A stretch of DNA of 64,000 nt from Candidatus Aminicenantes bacterium (GTDB lineage: Bacteria > Acidobacteriota > Aminicenantia > Aminicenantales > Saccharicenantaceae). Shown here in pieces: positions 9,345 through 19,886 of the stretch. Numbering within the stretch: the stretch's first letter is position 1; the number at the start of each line of letters is the position of its first letter. The notes beneath the pieces were generated by a model. That model had not been told where the DNA came from. It was given only the letters and a program-made list of their open reading frames with translations, and searched no databases. Both the position numbers and the translations under genes were made by a program. Location: assembly GCA_014360015.1 (NCBI GenBank), contig JACIYJ010000003.1:6197-70196 (forward strand), written 5' to 3'.

Positions 9345-10019
9345 ATGATTACAACTGTTATAAGTTTATTTATCCTGCTTTTTTCTATTACCATTCATGA
9401 AGCTTCCCATGGCTGGGCCGCTTATAAGCTCGGCGATCCGACGGCCATGGCTGCTGGCCGGGTGACTCTCAACCCGATAGCGCATATAGACCCTTTTGGT
9501 ACAGTCATCCTGCCGCTGCTTCTGGCTCTGTTTGGAGCCCCGGTCTTTGGCTGGGCCAAACCGGTTCCGGTCAACCCGCATTTCCTGAGAAATCCCCGTC
9601 GGGATGGTTTCTGGATATCTCTGGCTGGTCCTGGAGCCAACATCATCGCGGCAGTGGCCTCTCTGCTCCTTATTCTTTTGCTCAAGCTCATCAGTCCGGT
9701 AACCACAGTAGCGCTTTACGACTTTCTTACTTCTCGTGGCAGCTTACCACCCGGACTTCAGCCGCTGCAGGGTTTGGTCATAATTCTTTTTTATATGGTT
9801 CTTATCAACACCTATCTTGTCGTCTTCAACCTGATCCCCATGTATCCCCTTGACGGTAGTGGAGTGCTGGAAGGAATTCTTCCAGACCGATTGGCCGAGC
9901 AATATTCTCGGCTGCGGCCGTTCGGTTTTCTGATTGTCATCATCCTGATTTCTGTAGGTTTTCTTGACCTGATCATTAAACCTTTACAATATTTAATTCT
10001 GGGATTAATCTTTTTCTGA
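9345..10019 (+). CDS. site-2 protease family (peptidase M50) membrane zinc metalloprotease
   Basis: 224 aa polytopic membrane protein with HEASH (HExxH) in TM1 and a LDGG-like motif (PLDGSG) near the C-terminus. Confidence 0.75.
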   Translation: MITTVISLFILLFSITIHEASHGWAAYKLGDPTAMAAGRVTLNPIAHIDPFGTVILPLLLALFGAPVFGWAKPVPVNPHFLRNPRRDGFWISLAGPGANIIAAVASLLLILLLKLISPVTTVALYDFLTSRGSLPPGLQPLQGLVIILFYMVLINTYLVVFNLIPMYPLDGSGVLEGILPDRLAEQYSRLRPFGFLIVIILISVGFLDLIIKPLQYLILGLIFF

Positions 10020-10021
10020 GC

Positions 10022-11059
10022 GTGACGAAAATGAGTCAGACAAGGAAAAAAGTCGTTTTGAGTGGAATGCGACCCACCGGCCCGCTTCATCTGGGAAATT
10101 ATGTGGGAGCCCTGAGAGGCTGGGTCAGGCTTCAGGAGACCCACAAATGTTTTTTCACCATCGTTCCCTGGCATGCTCTGAGCTCTGAATACCAGAACCC
10201 TAAGGTCATCAAAGAATACACTTTCGAAGTCGCCCTCGACTGGTTAGCTGCCGGACTTGACCCGGAAAAATCAGTGCTGTTCATTCAATCCGAAGTCAAG
10301 GAGCATGCCGAGCTTCATCTGCTTCTGTCAATGATAACTCCTCTCCCCTGGCTGGAGAGAGTGCCCACGTTCAAAGAGCAGCAGCAGGAGCTTCAGAATA
10401 AAGAACTGAACACCTATGGTTTTCTTGGTTATCCTCTCCTTCAGACAGCTGATATCATCATCTACAAGGCTGAAGTGGTGCCAGTGGGCGAAGACCAAGC
10501 TTTTCATATCGAACTGGCCAGAGAAATAGTGCGCCGGTTTAACCGGTTCTATGGAGACATTTTCCCTGAACCCCAGATCCTGCTGACTGAAGTGCCAAAG
10601 CTGGCCGGAACCGATGGCCGCAAGATGAGCAAATCTTATGGTAACGCTATTTATCTTAAAGACTCGCCCGAAATCATAAAGAAAAAGATTTCACCGATGG
10701 TTACTGACACCAGAAGAAAACGGCGTTCTGACCCGGGCGAGCCCAACGACTGTCCGGTGTTTACTCTTCATAAAGCTTTCGTTCCTGAGAGTAAGAGAGA
10801 AGAACTGGCTGCCGGCTGCAGGACGGCGGCCATCGGCTGTCTTGAATGCAAAAAGGTGGTCATTGATGCTTTGATTGAGGAATTCGCCAGTTTCCGGGAA
10901 AAAAGAAGCTATTTCGAAAAGCACCCGAACATAGTCTGGGAAATCTTTGAAGAAGGCAATAAAAAGGCCAGAGAAGTGACTCAAAAAACGATGGCAGAAG
11001 TCAGGCAGGCTCTGGGATTGGTTTTTCCCAGTAGCCATAAACCGACAGGGAAGGTCTGA
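10022..11059 (+). CDS. trpS: tryptophanyl-tRNA synthetase
   Basis: Class I aaRS motifs HLGN (HIGH) and KMSKS; size 345 aa. Alternative ATG at 10031. Confidence 0.9.
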   Translation: MTKMSQTRKKVVLSGMRPTGPLHLGNYVGALRGWVRLQETHKCFFTIVPWHALSSEYQNPKVIKEYTFEVALDWLAAGLDPEKSVLFIQSEVKEHAELHLLLSMITPLPWLERVPTFKEQQQELQNKELNTYGFLGYPLLQTADIIIYKAEVVPVGEDQAFHIELAREIVRRFNRFYGDIFPEPQILLTEVPKLAGTDGRKMSKSYGNAIYLKDSPEIIKKKISPMVTDTRRKRRSDPGEPNDCPVFTLHKAFVPESKREELAAGCRTAAIGCLECKKVVIDALIEEFASFREKRSYFEKHPNIVWEIFEEGNKKAREVTQKTMAEVRQALGLVFPSSHKPTGKV

Positions 11060-11859
11060 TGGAGCAGGAAATTCAGGATTACCAGATTCAGAACGAAGTC
11101 AGTCAGTCCTCAACCGACGAAGGCTATCAGGTTAAACTGGAAATTTTCGAAGGCCCTCTCGACCTTCTTCTTTTCTTAATCCGCAAGAAAAAAATCGACA
11201 TTCATGATATTCCGATTGCCGTCATCACCAGAGATTATCTGGAATATCTGGAGAAAAAGGAGCAGATTAACCTCGACCGGGAAGCCGAATTTCTGTTCAT
11301 CGCCGCTCTGCTGATTTACATCAAATCCCAGATGTTACTCCCGAGGGAACAGGAAGTTTCCCAGGAAGATGATCCGAGACAGATTCTGGTTGATCGATTG
11401 TTGGAATTCCAGAAAATCAAGGTAGCCTGCACCATCCTCAGAGAAAAGGAAGAAAATCAGCTTCTGCGCTGGAAAAGAACTTTTATGCCGCCGGTGGCCA
11501 AACCGGATGAACTTGACCTCCTGGATGTCAGCCTGTTCGACCTGGCTGAGACTTTCTTCCTGATTATGAAAAGGAAGGAAAGAGAAAACTTCCGCGTCAT
11601 CAAAGGCAAAGACGTCTCGGTCGAAGAGAAACTCAAAGAAATCGTTGATTATCTGGAAAAAAACGGGTCAATGGATTTTCTCGAATATTTTTCCAACCAG
11701 GAAACTCTGGAAGAAGCCCTGGTTGCTTTCTTCTGTTTACTGGAACTGGTCAAAAACCATACCGTCATCGCCATTCAGGAACAGCTCTTCCAGACAATCA
11801 GGGTCTGGTTGAGAAAAGACCGACCTCACCATCTACCTCACGGACAGAGCCATGAATGA
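11059..11859 (+). CDS. scpA: segregation and condensation protein A
   Basis: 266 aa; conserved ScpA N-terminus (FEGPLDLLLFLIRKKKIDIHDIPIA); start overlaps the trpS stop. Confidence 0.85.
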   Translation: MEQEIQDYQIQNEVSQSSTDEGYQVKLEIFEGPLDLLLFLIRKKKIDIHDIPIAVITRDYLEYLEKKEQINLDREAEFLFIAALLIYIKSQMLLPREQEVSQEDDPRQILVDRLLEFQKIKVACTILREKEENQLLRWKRTFMPPVAKPDELDLLDVSLFDLAETFFLIMKRKERENFRVIKGKDVSVEEKLKEIVDYLEKNGSMDFLEYFSNQETLEEALVAFFCLLELVKNHTVIAIQEQLFQTIRVWLRKDRPHHLPHGQSHE

Positions 11860-12400
11860 ACAACTCAAAGCTATACTGGAAGTTCTGATTTTCATTTCTC
11901 AAGAGCCTTTAACCTTAGAAAAAATCAAAGAAGTCCTGGGGGAAGTGCCAGATGAAGAATTGAAGGCTGCCCTCCAGGCTCTTCAGGAAGACTATGCTTC
12001 AGACAGCCGGGGTATTCAGGTTATTCAGACAGCTGGAGGTTATCTTTTCACCACCAAGCCCGAACACGACCAGTGGGTCCGGCGCCTGCTGCAGATTGAA
12101 AAGAAAACGAAACTATCATCAGCAGCCCTGGAAACTCTGAGCATCATCGCCTATCATCAGCCGATAACCCAGGCTGAAATCTCAGCCATCCGCGGGGTTG
12201 ATTCAACTTATTCTCTCAAGACCCTGCTCCAGAAAAAGCTGATCAAAATCGTCGGACGGAAAAAAGCCCCGGGAAATCCCTTAGTTTACCGGACTACAGA
12301 AAGATTTCTCCAGTATTTTGGCCTCAACAGTCTTGATGATTTGCCTAAGGAAGAGGAAATTGCTAAAATTCTGGAGGAAGAAAAACAGTCGATTTCATAA
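11852..12400 (+). CDS. scpB: segregation and condensation protein B
   Basis: 182 aa; winged-helix ScpB pattern; 8-nt overlap with scpA. Confidence 0.85.
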   Translation: MNEQLKAILEVLIFISQEPLTLEKIKEVLGEVPDEELKAALQALQEDYASDSRGIQVIQTAGGYLFTTKPEHDQWVRRLLQIEKKTKLSSAALETLSIIAYHQPITQAEISAIRGVDSTYSLKTLLQKKLIKIVGRKKAPGNPLVYRTTERFLQYFGLNSLDDLPKEEEIAKILEEEKQSIS

Positions 12401-12490
12401 CTCTAAGTAAAGAATTTTCCAATACTTAGAGTTGACAAAGACTTTTGACTTCTATAGTATAGAAAACTATTCTTTAAGCACAGATAATTA

Positions 12491-13366
12491 ATGAAAATCG
12501 TTATCGCTAAAAACAGCGGATTTTGTTATGGAGTGAAGAGAGCCTTGCGGCTGGCCCGGGAAACAGGAAAAAAGAATAACCATCGAGTTTTTACCTGGGG
12601 CGAGCTCATCCATAATCCCGAAGTCATCAGCGAACTGGAGCGACAGGGAATCAAAGTGGCTAACTCCCTCTCTCAACTAAAAGCTGGTGATATTGTCATC
12701 ATCAGAAGCCACGGCGTTTCGCCTGATATCTACCGAGCGCTTAAAAGAAAAAGAGTCAAGCTCATTGACGCCACCTGCCCCATTGTCAAAAAAATTCAGC
12801 AAGCTGTGGAGAAACTCAGCCGTAAGTCCGGTGAAATCATTATCGTCGGCAACCGGAATCATCCTGAAATTCAGGGACTTTTAGGCTACAGTCGGGGCAA
12901 GGCTCTGGTCATAGAGAATGAGGACCAGGCTAAAACCCTTCCCTACAAGAAAAAAAGAACGGTCCTGGCCCAATCCACCCAGGATGGACAGCTTTTCAGT
13001 AAAGTGGTAGCGGCTCTGGTGGAAAAAACTTCTGAGCTGACTGTTTACAACACCATCTGCGAATCAACCAGGGTAAGACAGGAATCAACGGCTGAGTTGG
13101 CCCGTCAGGTTGAGGCTTTAATCATCATCGGTGGCAGGAATAGCTCAAATACCAACAAGCTTTACCAGATATCTCGTCGGCTGCTGCCCAGAACCTATTT
13201 TATCGAATCACCGGAAGAAATTACTCCAGAGATGCTTCAGGGAGTAACCAGAATCGGACTTTCGGGTGGGGCTTCGACTCCGCCTGAAGTTATCAAAAAA
13301 ACTGTGACAGCTATCAACAATAGCTTCAAACAGAATTCACATCAGGAGAAGGTGACCCATGACTGA
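12491..13366 (+). CDS. ispH: 4-hydroxy-3-methylbut-2-enyl diphosphate reductase (IspH/LytB)
   Basis: 291 aa; N-terminal GFCYGVKRA motif and conserved Cys (C12, ATCPIV, ICEST) for the [4Fe-4S] cluster. Confidence 0.9.
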   Translation: MKIVIAKNSGFCYGVKRALRLARETGKKNNHRVFTWGELIHNPEVISELERQGIKVANSLSQLKAGDIVIIRSHGVSPDIYRALKRKRVKLIDATCPIVKKIQQAVEKLSRKSGEIIIVGNRNHPEIQGLLGYSRGKALVIENEDQAKTLPYKKKRTVLAQSTQDGQLFSKVVAALVEKTSELTVYNTICESTRVRQESTAELARQVEALIIIGGRNSSNTNKLYQISRRLLPRTYFIESPEEITPEMLQGVTRIGLSGGASTPPEVIKKTVTAINNSFKQNSHQEKVTHD

Positions 13367-15095
13367 TACCAAAAAGAACCCACAAAACGATGACCTGCTT
13401 ACCGCAGAAGACTATGAACGTCTTCTCGACCAGTATCATTTGTCTGACCAGGAACTGACTGCCGGAACCGTCATCAAGGGCCGGGTGGTCAAAAAGACTC
13501 CCAGTCATCTGCTGCTGGACATCGGCCACAAGACTGAAGGTGCTATCCCACTGGAAGATTTCCGTAATCCAAAAGAATTTGAAGCAATCAAGGTCGGTTC
13601 AGAAGTGGAAGCAGTGCTGGAAAAGTCCAGACCTCAGGATGGTTACTTTCTTTTATCCAAAAGAAAAGCTGACATCCTCCGAGCTCTTGACCATCTGGAG
13701 AAGGCCTACCATTCCAACAACTGGGTCACCGGAACGGTAGTAGCCAAGGTCAAGAATGGTTACACAGTTGATGTCGGGCTCGAGGCCTTCCTTCCCGAAG
13801 CCCACGCTGATCTGCGGCCCATAAAAGACCCGAATTCTCTGATCGGTCAGAGTTTGAAGTTTAAGGTGATGAGATTCAACCGCAAAGAAGAAGATGTGGT
13901 TCTTTCCCGCAAACTGCTTCTTCAGGATGAAAGAGAAAAAAGAAAACGCCGGGTCTTCAGCCGTCTGGTTAGGGGCGAAAAAGTCAAAGGCACAGTTAAA
14001 TCCTTGACCAGTTTCGGTGCTTTTATCGACCTCGGCGGAGTGGAAGGACTTTTGCATATTTCGGATATGAGCTGGGGCAAAATCAACCATCCTTCGGAGC
14101 TTTTCCAGGTCGGACAGGAAGTAGAAGTGCTGGTTCTGGATTTTAATGAGAACGAAGAAAAAATTTCCCTCGGTTATAAGCAACTGACACCTGACCCTTG
14201 GCTGAGTGTTGAACAGAAATATCAGCCGGGAACCAAAGTAACTGGCAAAGTGGTCAGCCTGACCGATTTTGGGGCTTTTGTTGAACTGGAAAAAGGCGTG
14301 GAAGGACTGATCCATATCTCGGACCTGACCTGGTCCAAGAAAATGGTCCACCCGAAAAAGGTGTTGTCAGTAGGCCAGGAGGTTACTGTTCAGGTGCTCG
14401 AAGTCAACGCTGAAAACCGTCGCATTTCTCTGGGGCTAAAGCAAACCACACCCCATCCTTTGGAGCTTTTTGCCCAAAAATACAACCCCGGAGCCAGGCT
14501 CAGAGGTAAGGTTACCAGTCTGACTGATTTCGGAGCATTTGTCCAGGTGGACAAAGACATCGAAGGTCTAGTTCACATTTCAGATATCAGCTGGGGAAAA
14601 ATCAAGCATCCATCAGAGAAACTTAAAGTCGGGCAGGAAATTGAGGTTGTTCTTCTGAACATCGACCTGGAAAAGCAGAAAGTTTCTCTCGGCATAAAAC
14701 AGCTGGAAGGCGACATCTGGGAAGATTTCTTTTCCCGACAAAAAGTCGGCGACATCCTCAAAGTTAAGATCGCCCGGATTGTTGACTTTGGAGTTTTTGT
14801 GGAAATCGTCCCTGGGATTGAAGGCGTGGTTTTCAACTCCGAGCTGGATGACAATCGGATCGAAAATCCGGCGGAAGTCTTTAAAGTTGGCGAAGAGAAG
14901 CTGGCCAAGATAATCAAGCTCAATCCTCAGGCCAGAAAAATCTCTCTGAGCTTCCGTCAGGCTCAGATGGAACTTCAGAAAAAGGAATTTCAGAAATATC
15001 TCGAAGGCCAGAGCGATAGATTGACTCTGGGAGATTTATTAAGGGAACAACTCAAGAATTTGTCGGCTAAAGACAACAGCAAAAAGGAGGGTTAA
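13359..15095 (+). CDS. rpsA: 30S ribosomal protein S1
   Basis: 578 aa with repeated S1 RNA-binding domains (GxV..LT.FGAFV motifs, 5-6 copies); 8-nt overlap with ispH. Confidence 0.9.
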   Translation: MTDTKKNPQNDDLLTAEDYERLLDQYHLSDQELTAGTVIKGRVVKKTPSHLLLDIGHKTEGAIPLEDFRNPKEFEAIKVGSEVEAVLEKSRPQDGYFLLSKRKADILRALDHLEKAYHSNNWVTGTVVAKVKNGYTVDVGLEAFLPEAHADLRPIKDPNSLIGQSLKFKVMRFNRKEEDVVLSRKLLLQDEREKRKRRVFSRLVRGEKVKGTVKSLTSFGAFIDLGGVEGLLHISDMSWGKINHPSELFQVGQEVEVLVLDFNENEEKISLGYKQLTPDPWLSVEQKYQPGTKVTGKVVSLTDFGAFVELEKGVEGLIHISDLTWSKKMVHPKKVLSVGQEVTVQVLEVNAENRRISLGLKQTTPHPLELFAQKYNPGARLRGKVTSLTDFGAFVQVDKDIEGLVHISDISWGKIKHPSEKLKVGQEIEVVLLNIDLEKQKVSLGIKQLEGDIWEDFFSRQKVGDILKVKIARIVDFGVFVEIVPGIEGVVFNSELDDNRIENPAEVFKVGEEKLAKIIKLNPQARKISLSFRQAQMELQKKEFQKYLEGQSDRLTLGDLLREQLKNLSAKDNSKKEG

Positions 15096-15097
15096 TC

Positions 15098-15379
15098 ATG
15101 ATCAAAGCTGACCTGGTCAACATCGTTTCCAGGGAACTCAACATCTCCAAGCAGGAAGCTGAAGCCGGTGTCAACCTGTTCTTCGATGCCATCAAGGAAG
15201 CCATCCTCAAGGGAGAAGAGATTGAAATCCGCGGTTTTGGGAGCTTCCGGTTCCGGCAGCGGGCGCCCCGTTCTGGACGGAATCCCCGAACTGGAGAACT
15301 GGTTAAAGTGCCACCAAAAAAGGTTCTGTATTTCAAGCCGTCTAAACTTTTGAAGGAGATGCTTAACCAGCATAAATGA
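15098..15379 (+). CDS. HU/IHF-family DNA-binding protein (IHF-beta-like; rpsA-ihfB arrangement)
   Basis: 93 aa; HU-fold signature GFGSFRFRQRAPRSGRNPRTGE with arm residues. Confidence 0.8.
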   Translation: MIKADLVNIVSRELNISKQEAEAGVNLFFDAIKEAILKGEEIEIRGFGSFRFRQRAPRSGRNPRTGELVKVPPKKVLYFKPSKLLKEMLNQHK

Positions 15380-15879
15380 AGTACTGTACCGCTCCCTGGA
15401 GACAAACCTACGTGCAAAAAGCACTTAAGATGAAAAAGTGTGTTTTTTGTGAGGCTTTGAAAAAAAAGAATGACGAGGAAGCTCTGATTCTTTACCGGGG
15501 AAAACACAATTTTGTCATCATCAACCGTTTTCCCTACACCACCGGCCACCTCATGGTTGCTCCTTACCGGCATCTGGGAAATTTCGAGAAAGCACCAAGG
15601 GAGATCGTGATCGAAGCCATGGAAATGGTCCAATTAGTGTTACGAATTTTAAAAAAGTGCTACAAGCCTCACGGGTTCAACGTCGGGATGAACTTAGGTC
15701 ACAGTGCCGGGGCAGGAGTGGCTGACCATTTCCATCTGCACATCGTTCCCCGCTGGACCGGAGACGCCAACTTCATGCCGATCATCGGCGAAACCAAAGT
15801 CTTCTGCGAAGACCTGAAAACTACCTATAACCGGCTGAAACCATTCTTCGCCCGGGAAGAACAGAAACAGGAGAAATAA
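15376..15879 (+). CDS. HIT-family (histidine triad) nucleotide hydrolase/transferase
   Basis: HxHxHxx motif HFHLHIVPR; Zn-binding CVFCE near the N-terminus. The true start may be the ATG at 15430. Confidence 0.8.
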   Translation: MKYCTAPWRQTYVQKALKMKKCVFCEALKKKNDEEALILYRGKHNFVIINRFPYTTGHLMVAPYRHLGNFEKAPREIVIEAMEMVQLVLRILKKCYKPHGFNVGMNLGHSAGAGVADHFHLHIVPRWTGDANFMPIIGETKVFCEDLKTTYNRLKPFFAREEQKQEK

Positions 15880-15882
15880 GCC

Positions 15883-17805
15883 ATGCTTAAAACCATGCGT
15901 AAAAACGTCAAATCTCTGGCACCAGTCCTCTGGATCGTCATCGCCACCTTCGTCATCGCCATCTTTGCCGTCTGGGGCGGTGCCGGCCGTCTGGGAGAAA
16001 CCAATCGAACCAACACCATTGCCCAGATTGGCAGCAAGAGAATTACCGCTGACGAATACTTCCAGGTTCTGCGACAGAGAATAGAAGCTATGAGAAAACA
16101 GTATCCTGACCTAAACTCGACTCTTCTCCGGCAGCTGAATATGCCCCAGCAGATACTGGAACAGATGGTTCAGCAGAACCTCTTGCTGGAAATTGCCCGG
16201 GAGATAGGCTTAAAAGCCACAGATGAAGAACTGAGGCAGAAGATTATGTCCTTCCCGGTGTTTCAGAGAGAAGGGAAATTCGTCGGTTTTAACGAATACA
16301 AGCAGATTCTTGACTGGAACCATATTCCCATCCAGAAATTCGAAGATAGCCTGCGGGAAGAAATTCTCCTAACCAAAGTTACTCAACTTCTGACCGCAGG
16401 AATCGCTGTCACCCAAGACGAAGTCTGGGAAAATTATAAGAATCAGAACGAGACAGCCAAAATCGAGTATTTGGTAGCCTCTGTGGAAAAAGTTCAGCTG
16501 CCAGCCAACCCTGATGAAGCAGAAGCCAGAAACTATTTTGAAAAGAACAAGGCAAAGTATCGAATGCCCGAAAGACGCGAGGGCAAGTATGTCTTCCTCA
16601 AGACTGATGATTTAAAGAAAGAAATCACTGTTTCCGACTCAGAGATTGAAAAATACTACAAAGAAAACATCAATCAATTCAAGGAACCGGCCAAGACCAG
16701 AGTCAGCCGCATCTATCTGCCTTACACCGAAACTGATAAAAAACAGGTCCTGGACCAGGCCCAGAGTTTGAAAAATCGATTGAGCTCCGGAGAAGATTTT
16801 GGCAACCTGGCCAAAACCCACTCCAAAGATGACAAAGCTAAGAATGGCGGAGATTGGGGCTATTATGACTGGCAGAGCTTAGCTGCTGAAGAAGTCCAGG
16901 CTATTAACAAACTGGAACCCGGGCAGATTTCCGAGGTGGTAGACCTGGGCAACGCTGCAGTCATCCTGAAAGTCACAGAAAAGATGCCTGAAATCACCAG
17001 GTCTCTGGCCGAAGTGAAAGCAGTCATTCAGAATGCCCTGATAGAACAGAAAGCCAGGAATAAAGCTTCAGACAGAATGGAAAAACTGGCTAAAATCGCC
17101 AAAAAAGCCAGAAGTCTGGAGCAGGCGGCCAGAAGAGAAGGACTGAATGTCCAGGACAGCGGTCTGCTGAAGAACGGCGATCCGCTGGCTGGCGTCGATT
17201 CTTCGGGCGCTTTCAGCCAGACACTTTTCCAGCTTAAAGAAAAAGAGATTTCTTCACCCGTTTTCACCTATGAAGGCGTCGGTCTGATTCAGTTGATCAG
17301 AATTGATCCCGAACATCAGGCCACTTTTGAAGAAGTTAAAACTCAGGTAGTGGAAGATTTGATTAAAGAAAGGAAAAAAGAGCTGACTAAGGAAAAGCTG
17401 AGTTCTCTTAAATACGGCCAGGCCACCAACTGGGAAGACTTCGCCAAAAATAACAACCTGGAATATAAACGGGTCGAAGCTCATAAACGCGGGCAGTATC
17501 TGAGCCTGATTGACGATACCAAAGAAATCGACCGTCTGGCTTTCTCCTTACCCCTGAACCAGACCAGCGAGCCATTTGAAGTCAGCGATGGCTATGCGGT
17601 GGTCAGGGTTCTGGAAAGAAAAGAAGTCTCCAGAGAAGACTTCGAGAAAGTTAAAGCTGATGAAATGGCTAAAGCCCTCAACCAGGCGCAAGAGACGTTC
17701 CTGTTCAGCTACCTCCAGAAAGTCAGGCAGGATAAAAAGATTAAAGTTAATTACGACCTTTTTGTGAAAATCACAGACGACGTGCTCGGGCGGATAGCAG
17801 AATAA
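15883..17805 (+). CDS. PpiD/SurA-like periplasmic chaperone with parvulin PPIase domain, N-terminally membrane-anchored
   Basis: 640 aa; single N-terminal TM helix, SurA-N-like region, parvulin motif (HSKDDKAKNGGDWGYY...). Confidence 0.7.
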   Translation: MLKTMRKNVKSLAPVLWIVIATFVIAIFAVWGGAGRLGETNRTNTIAQIGSKRITADEYFQVLRQRIEAMRKQYPDLNSTLLRQLNMPQQILEQMVQQNLLLEIAREIGLKATDEELRQKIMSFPVFQREGKFVGFNEYKQILDWNHIPIQKFEDSLREEILLTKVTQLLTAGIAVTQDEVWENYKNQNETAKIEYLVASVEKVQLPANPDEAEARNYFEKNKAKYRMPERREGKYVFLKTDDLKKEITVSDSEIEKYYKENINQFKEPAKTRVSRIYLPYTETDKKQVLDQAQSLKNRLSSGEDFGNLAKTHSKDDKAKNGGDWGYYDWQSLAAEEVQAINKLEPGQISEVVDLGNAAVILKVTEKMPEITRSLAEVKAVIQNALIEQKARNKASDRMEKLAKIAKKARSLEQAARREGLNVQDSGLLKNGDPLAGVDSSGAFSQTLFQLKEKEISSPVFTYEGVGLIQLIRIDPEHQATFEEVKTQVVEDLIKERKKELTKEKLSSLKYGQATNWEDFAKNNNLEYKRVEAHKRGQYLSLIDDTKEIDRLAFSLPLNQTSEPFEVSDGYAVVRVLERKEVSREDFEKVKADEMAKALNQAQETFLFSYLQKVRQDKKIKVNYDLFVKITDDVLGRIAE

Positions 17806-17858
17806 TCGAAAAACCCTCTTTTATTATAAATTAAAAACTAATTTAGCAAGGAGGGCAA

Positions 17859-19865
17859 ATGGAGACTTCTAAAAAATCTCTTCCGCCTGAGGCTTACCGC
17901 GAACTGGCTCCAGGAGAAAAATATACTCCCCTCGTTCCGGCTGACAAAATCATCCCTGAAGTTACCACCCGCTCAGTTCTCTGGGGTCTGTTCATGGCTC
18001 TTTTCTTCACTTTTTCCATGGCTTATCTTGGGCTGAAGGTTGGTACTGTTCCTGAAGCTGCCATCCCCATCGCCATTTTGGCTGTGGGCATTGGTTATAC
18101 TTATTCGCGTAAAAATACCATCTTAGAAAACGTCATCATTCAGTCCATCGGTGCTGCTTCTGGAGCTCTGGTAGCTGGAGCAATCTTCACCATTCCAGCT
18201 CTTTTCATCATCGGTCTGCCGATCGATATTTTTAAGATTTTTCTGTCAACCTTTCTTGGTGGCTGTCTGGGAATTCTGTTCCTGATTCCGCTCCGACGCT
18301 ATTTCTGCGTTGAACAGCATGGAAAACTTCCCTTCCCTGAAGCCACAGCTACCACTGAAATCTTAGTTTCGGGCGAAGGTGGTGGAGCTCAGGCTAAACC
18401 GCTAATTCTCGGAGTTATTGTCTCTGGCCTCTATGAATTTCTGGCCATTGGTATCAGACTATGGAACGAAGTCATTACCTTTCGCTTCCTGCCCTTTATG
18501 GATAAGCTGGCGGAAAAAAGCCGGATGGTGCTGAAAATCGATGCTCTGTCAGCCTTTTTGGGGCTGGGCTATGTCATTGGTCTCCGCTATAACGCCATCA
18601 TCGTGGCTGGTGGTTTGCTCTCGCATTTTGGCTTTATCCCGATTATCTGGTTCCTGGGACAGCATTTCCCCGAAGCCATCTATCCAGGAAAAATCCCCAT
18701 TTCTCAGATGAGCGAGGTACAGATATTTTCCACCTATGTCCGGAACATAGGTATCGGGGCAATTTTTATGGCTGGAGTGATCGGGATAATCAAATCCATG
18801 CCGATCATGGTCAGGTCTTTTTCCCTGGGCTTTAGCGAAATCCTGAAAGGAAAACAGGCTGGTGGATCCAACGAAACGATTCGGACTGAGCGCGACCTGA
18901 AAATGTCAACCATCATTGCTGGCTTGATTTTGACTTCGATAGCTCTCTTTCTCTACTTCTTATGGATTTCCAATATTAAGTTTGCTTTGATCGGAGTCAT
19001 CATCTGCCTGCTTCTGTCTTTTCTATTCACCACTGTGGCTGCTAACGCCATTGCCATTGTCGGCACCAACCCGGTTTCCGGAATGACTCTCATCACCATT
19101 ATTCTCTCCAGCGTTATTCTCATCGGTGCCGGGCTGTCAGGCAAAGAGGGTATGGCTGTAGCCTTACTGATTGGAGCCGTGGTCTGCACTGCCCTTTCAG
19201 TTTCTGGAAGCTTTATCACCGACCTTAAAATCGGCTACTGGATAGGGGCCACACCCCGGAATCAGGAAAGGTTTAAATTCACCGGAATTTTGGTTTCTGC
19301 CCTGACCGTGGGAGTGGCTATCTTCATCTTAGATAAAGCTTTCTCCTTTCAGAGCGGAGCCTTAGCTGCACCCCAGGCAAACCTGATGGCCGCAGTTATT
19401 AAGTCGCTGATGTCCAGAGAGCCGGTGACCTGGTTATTGTATGGAATCGGAGCAGCTGTGGCCATTGTGGCTGAACTTTCCAAAATCCCGCCTCTGGCTT
19501 TTGCCTTGGGCATGTATCTGCCGCTCCATCTGACCACTCCCCTTCTGCTTGGCGGTTTCCTGTCATACCTGGTAAAGAATTCAACCAAAGACAAAGAATT
19601 GGCAGAAAAAAGGCACAATCGCGGCATGCTTATTTCGTCTGGTTTTATCGCCGGTGGCGCTCTGATGGGAATTGTTTTAGCCGTGCTGAAACTGGCTAAC
19701 CTTGACCATTATGTCAGTTTAGGTATACCCATGGTTATGGAAAATGGCAGGTGGGTTGATGGCCCACCTGCAGCCTGGTTCAGCCAGTATGGTGAAATCA
19801 TCAGCCTGGTCGCCTTTATTGTTTTAATTGGTTTTGTTTACTGGCAATCTAAAAAAGAAAAATAA
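17859..19865 (+). CDS. OPT-family oligopeptide transporter
   Basis: 668 aa, about 16 predicted TM segments, OPT-family N-terminal pattern (YRELAPGEKYTP...RSVLWG). Confidence 0.8.
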   Translation: METSKKSLPPEAYRELAPGEKYTPLVPADKIIPEVTTRSVLWGLFMALFFTFSMAYLGLKVGTVPEAAIPIAILAVGIGYTYSRKNTILENVIIQSIGAASGALVAGAIFTIPALFIIGLPIDIFKIFLSTFLGGCLGILFLIPLRRYFCVEQHGKLPFPEATATTEILVSGEGGGAQAKPLILGVIVSGLYEFLAIGIRLWNEVITFRFLPFMDKLAEKSRMVLKIDALSAFLGLGYVIGLRYNAIIVAGGLLSHFGFIPIIWFLGQHFPEAIYPGKIPISQMSEVQIFSTYVRNIGIGAIFMAGVIGIIKSMPIMVRSFSLGFSEILKGKQAGGSNETIRTERDLKMSTIIAGLILTSIALFLYFLWISNIKFALIGVIICLLLSFLFTTVAANAIAIVGTNPVSGMTLITIILSSVILIGAGLSGKEGMAVALLIGAVVCTALSVSGSFITDLKIGYWIGATPRNQERFKFTGILVSALTVGVAIFILDKAFSFQSGALAAPQANLMAAVIKSLMSREPVTWLLYGIGAAVAIVAELSKIPPLAFALGMYLPLHLTTPLLLGGFLSYLVKNSTKDKELAEKRHNRGMLISSGFIAGGALMGIVLAVLKLANLDHYVSLGIPMVMENGRWVDGPPAAWFSQYGEIISLVAFIVLIGFVYWQSKKEK

Positions 19866-19886
19866 TTTGATGAAAGGAAGGTAAAA

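Noticed and set aside
13359-13366. ispH-rpsA 8-nt overlap as a possible fusion.
   Set aside because: IspH ends with its own stop and rpsA has its own ATG; adjacent or overlapping ispH-rpsA pairs are common, so this is not novel.
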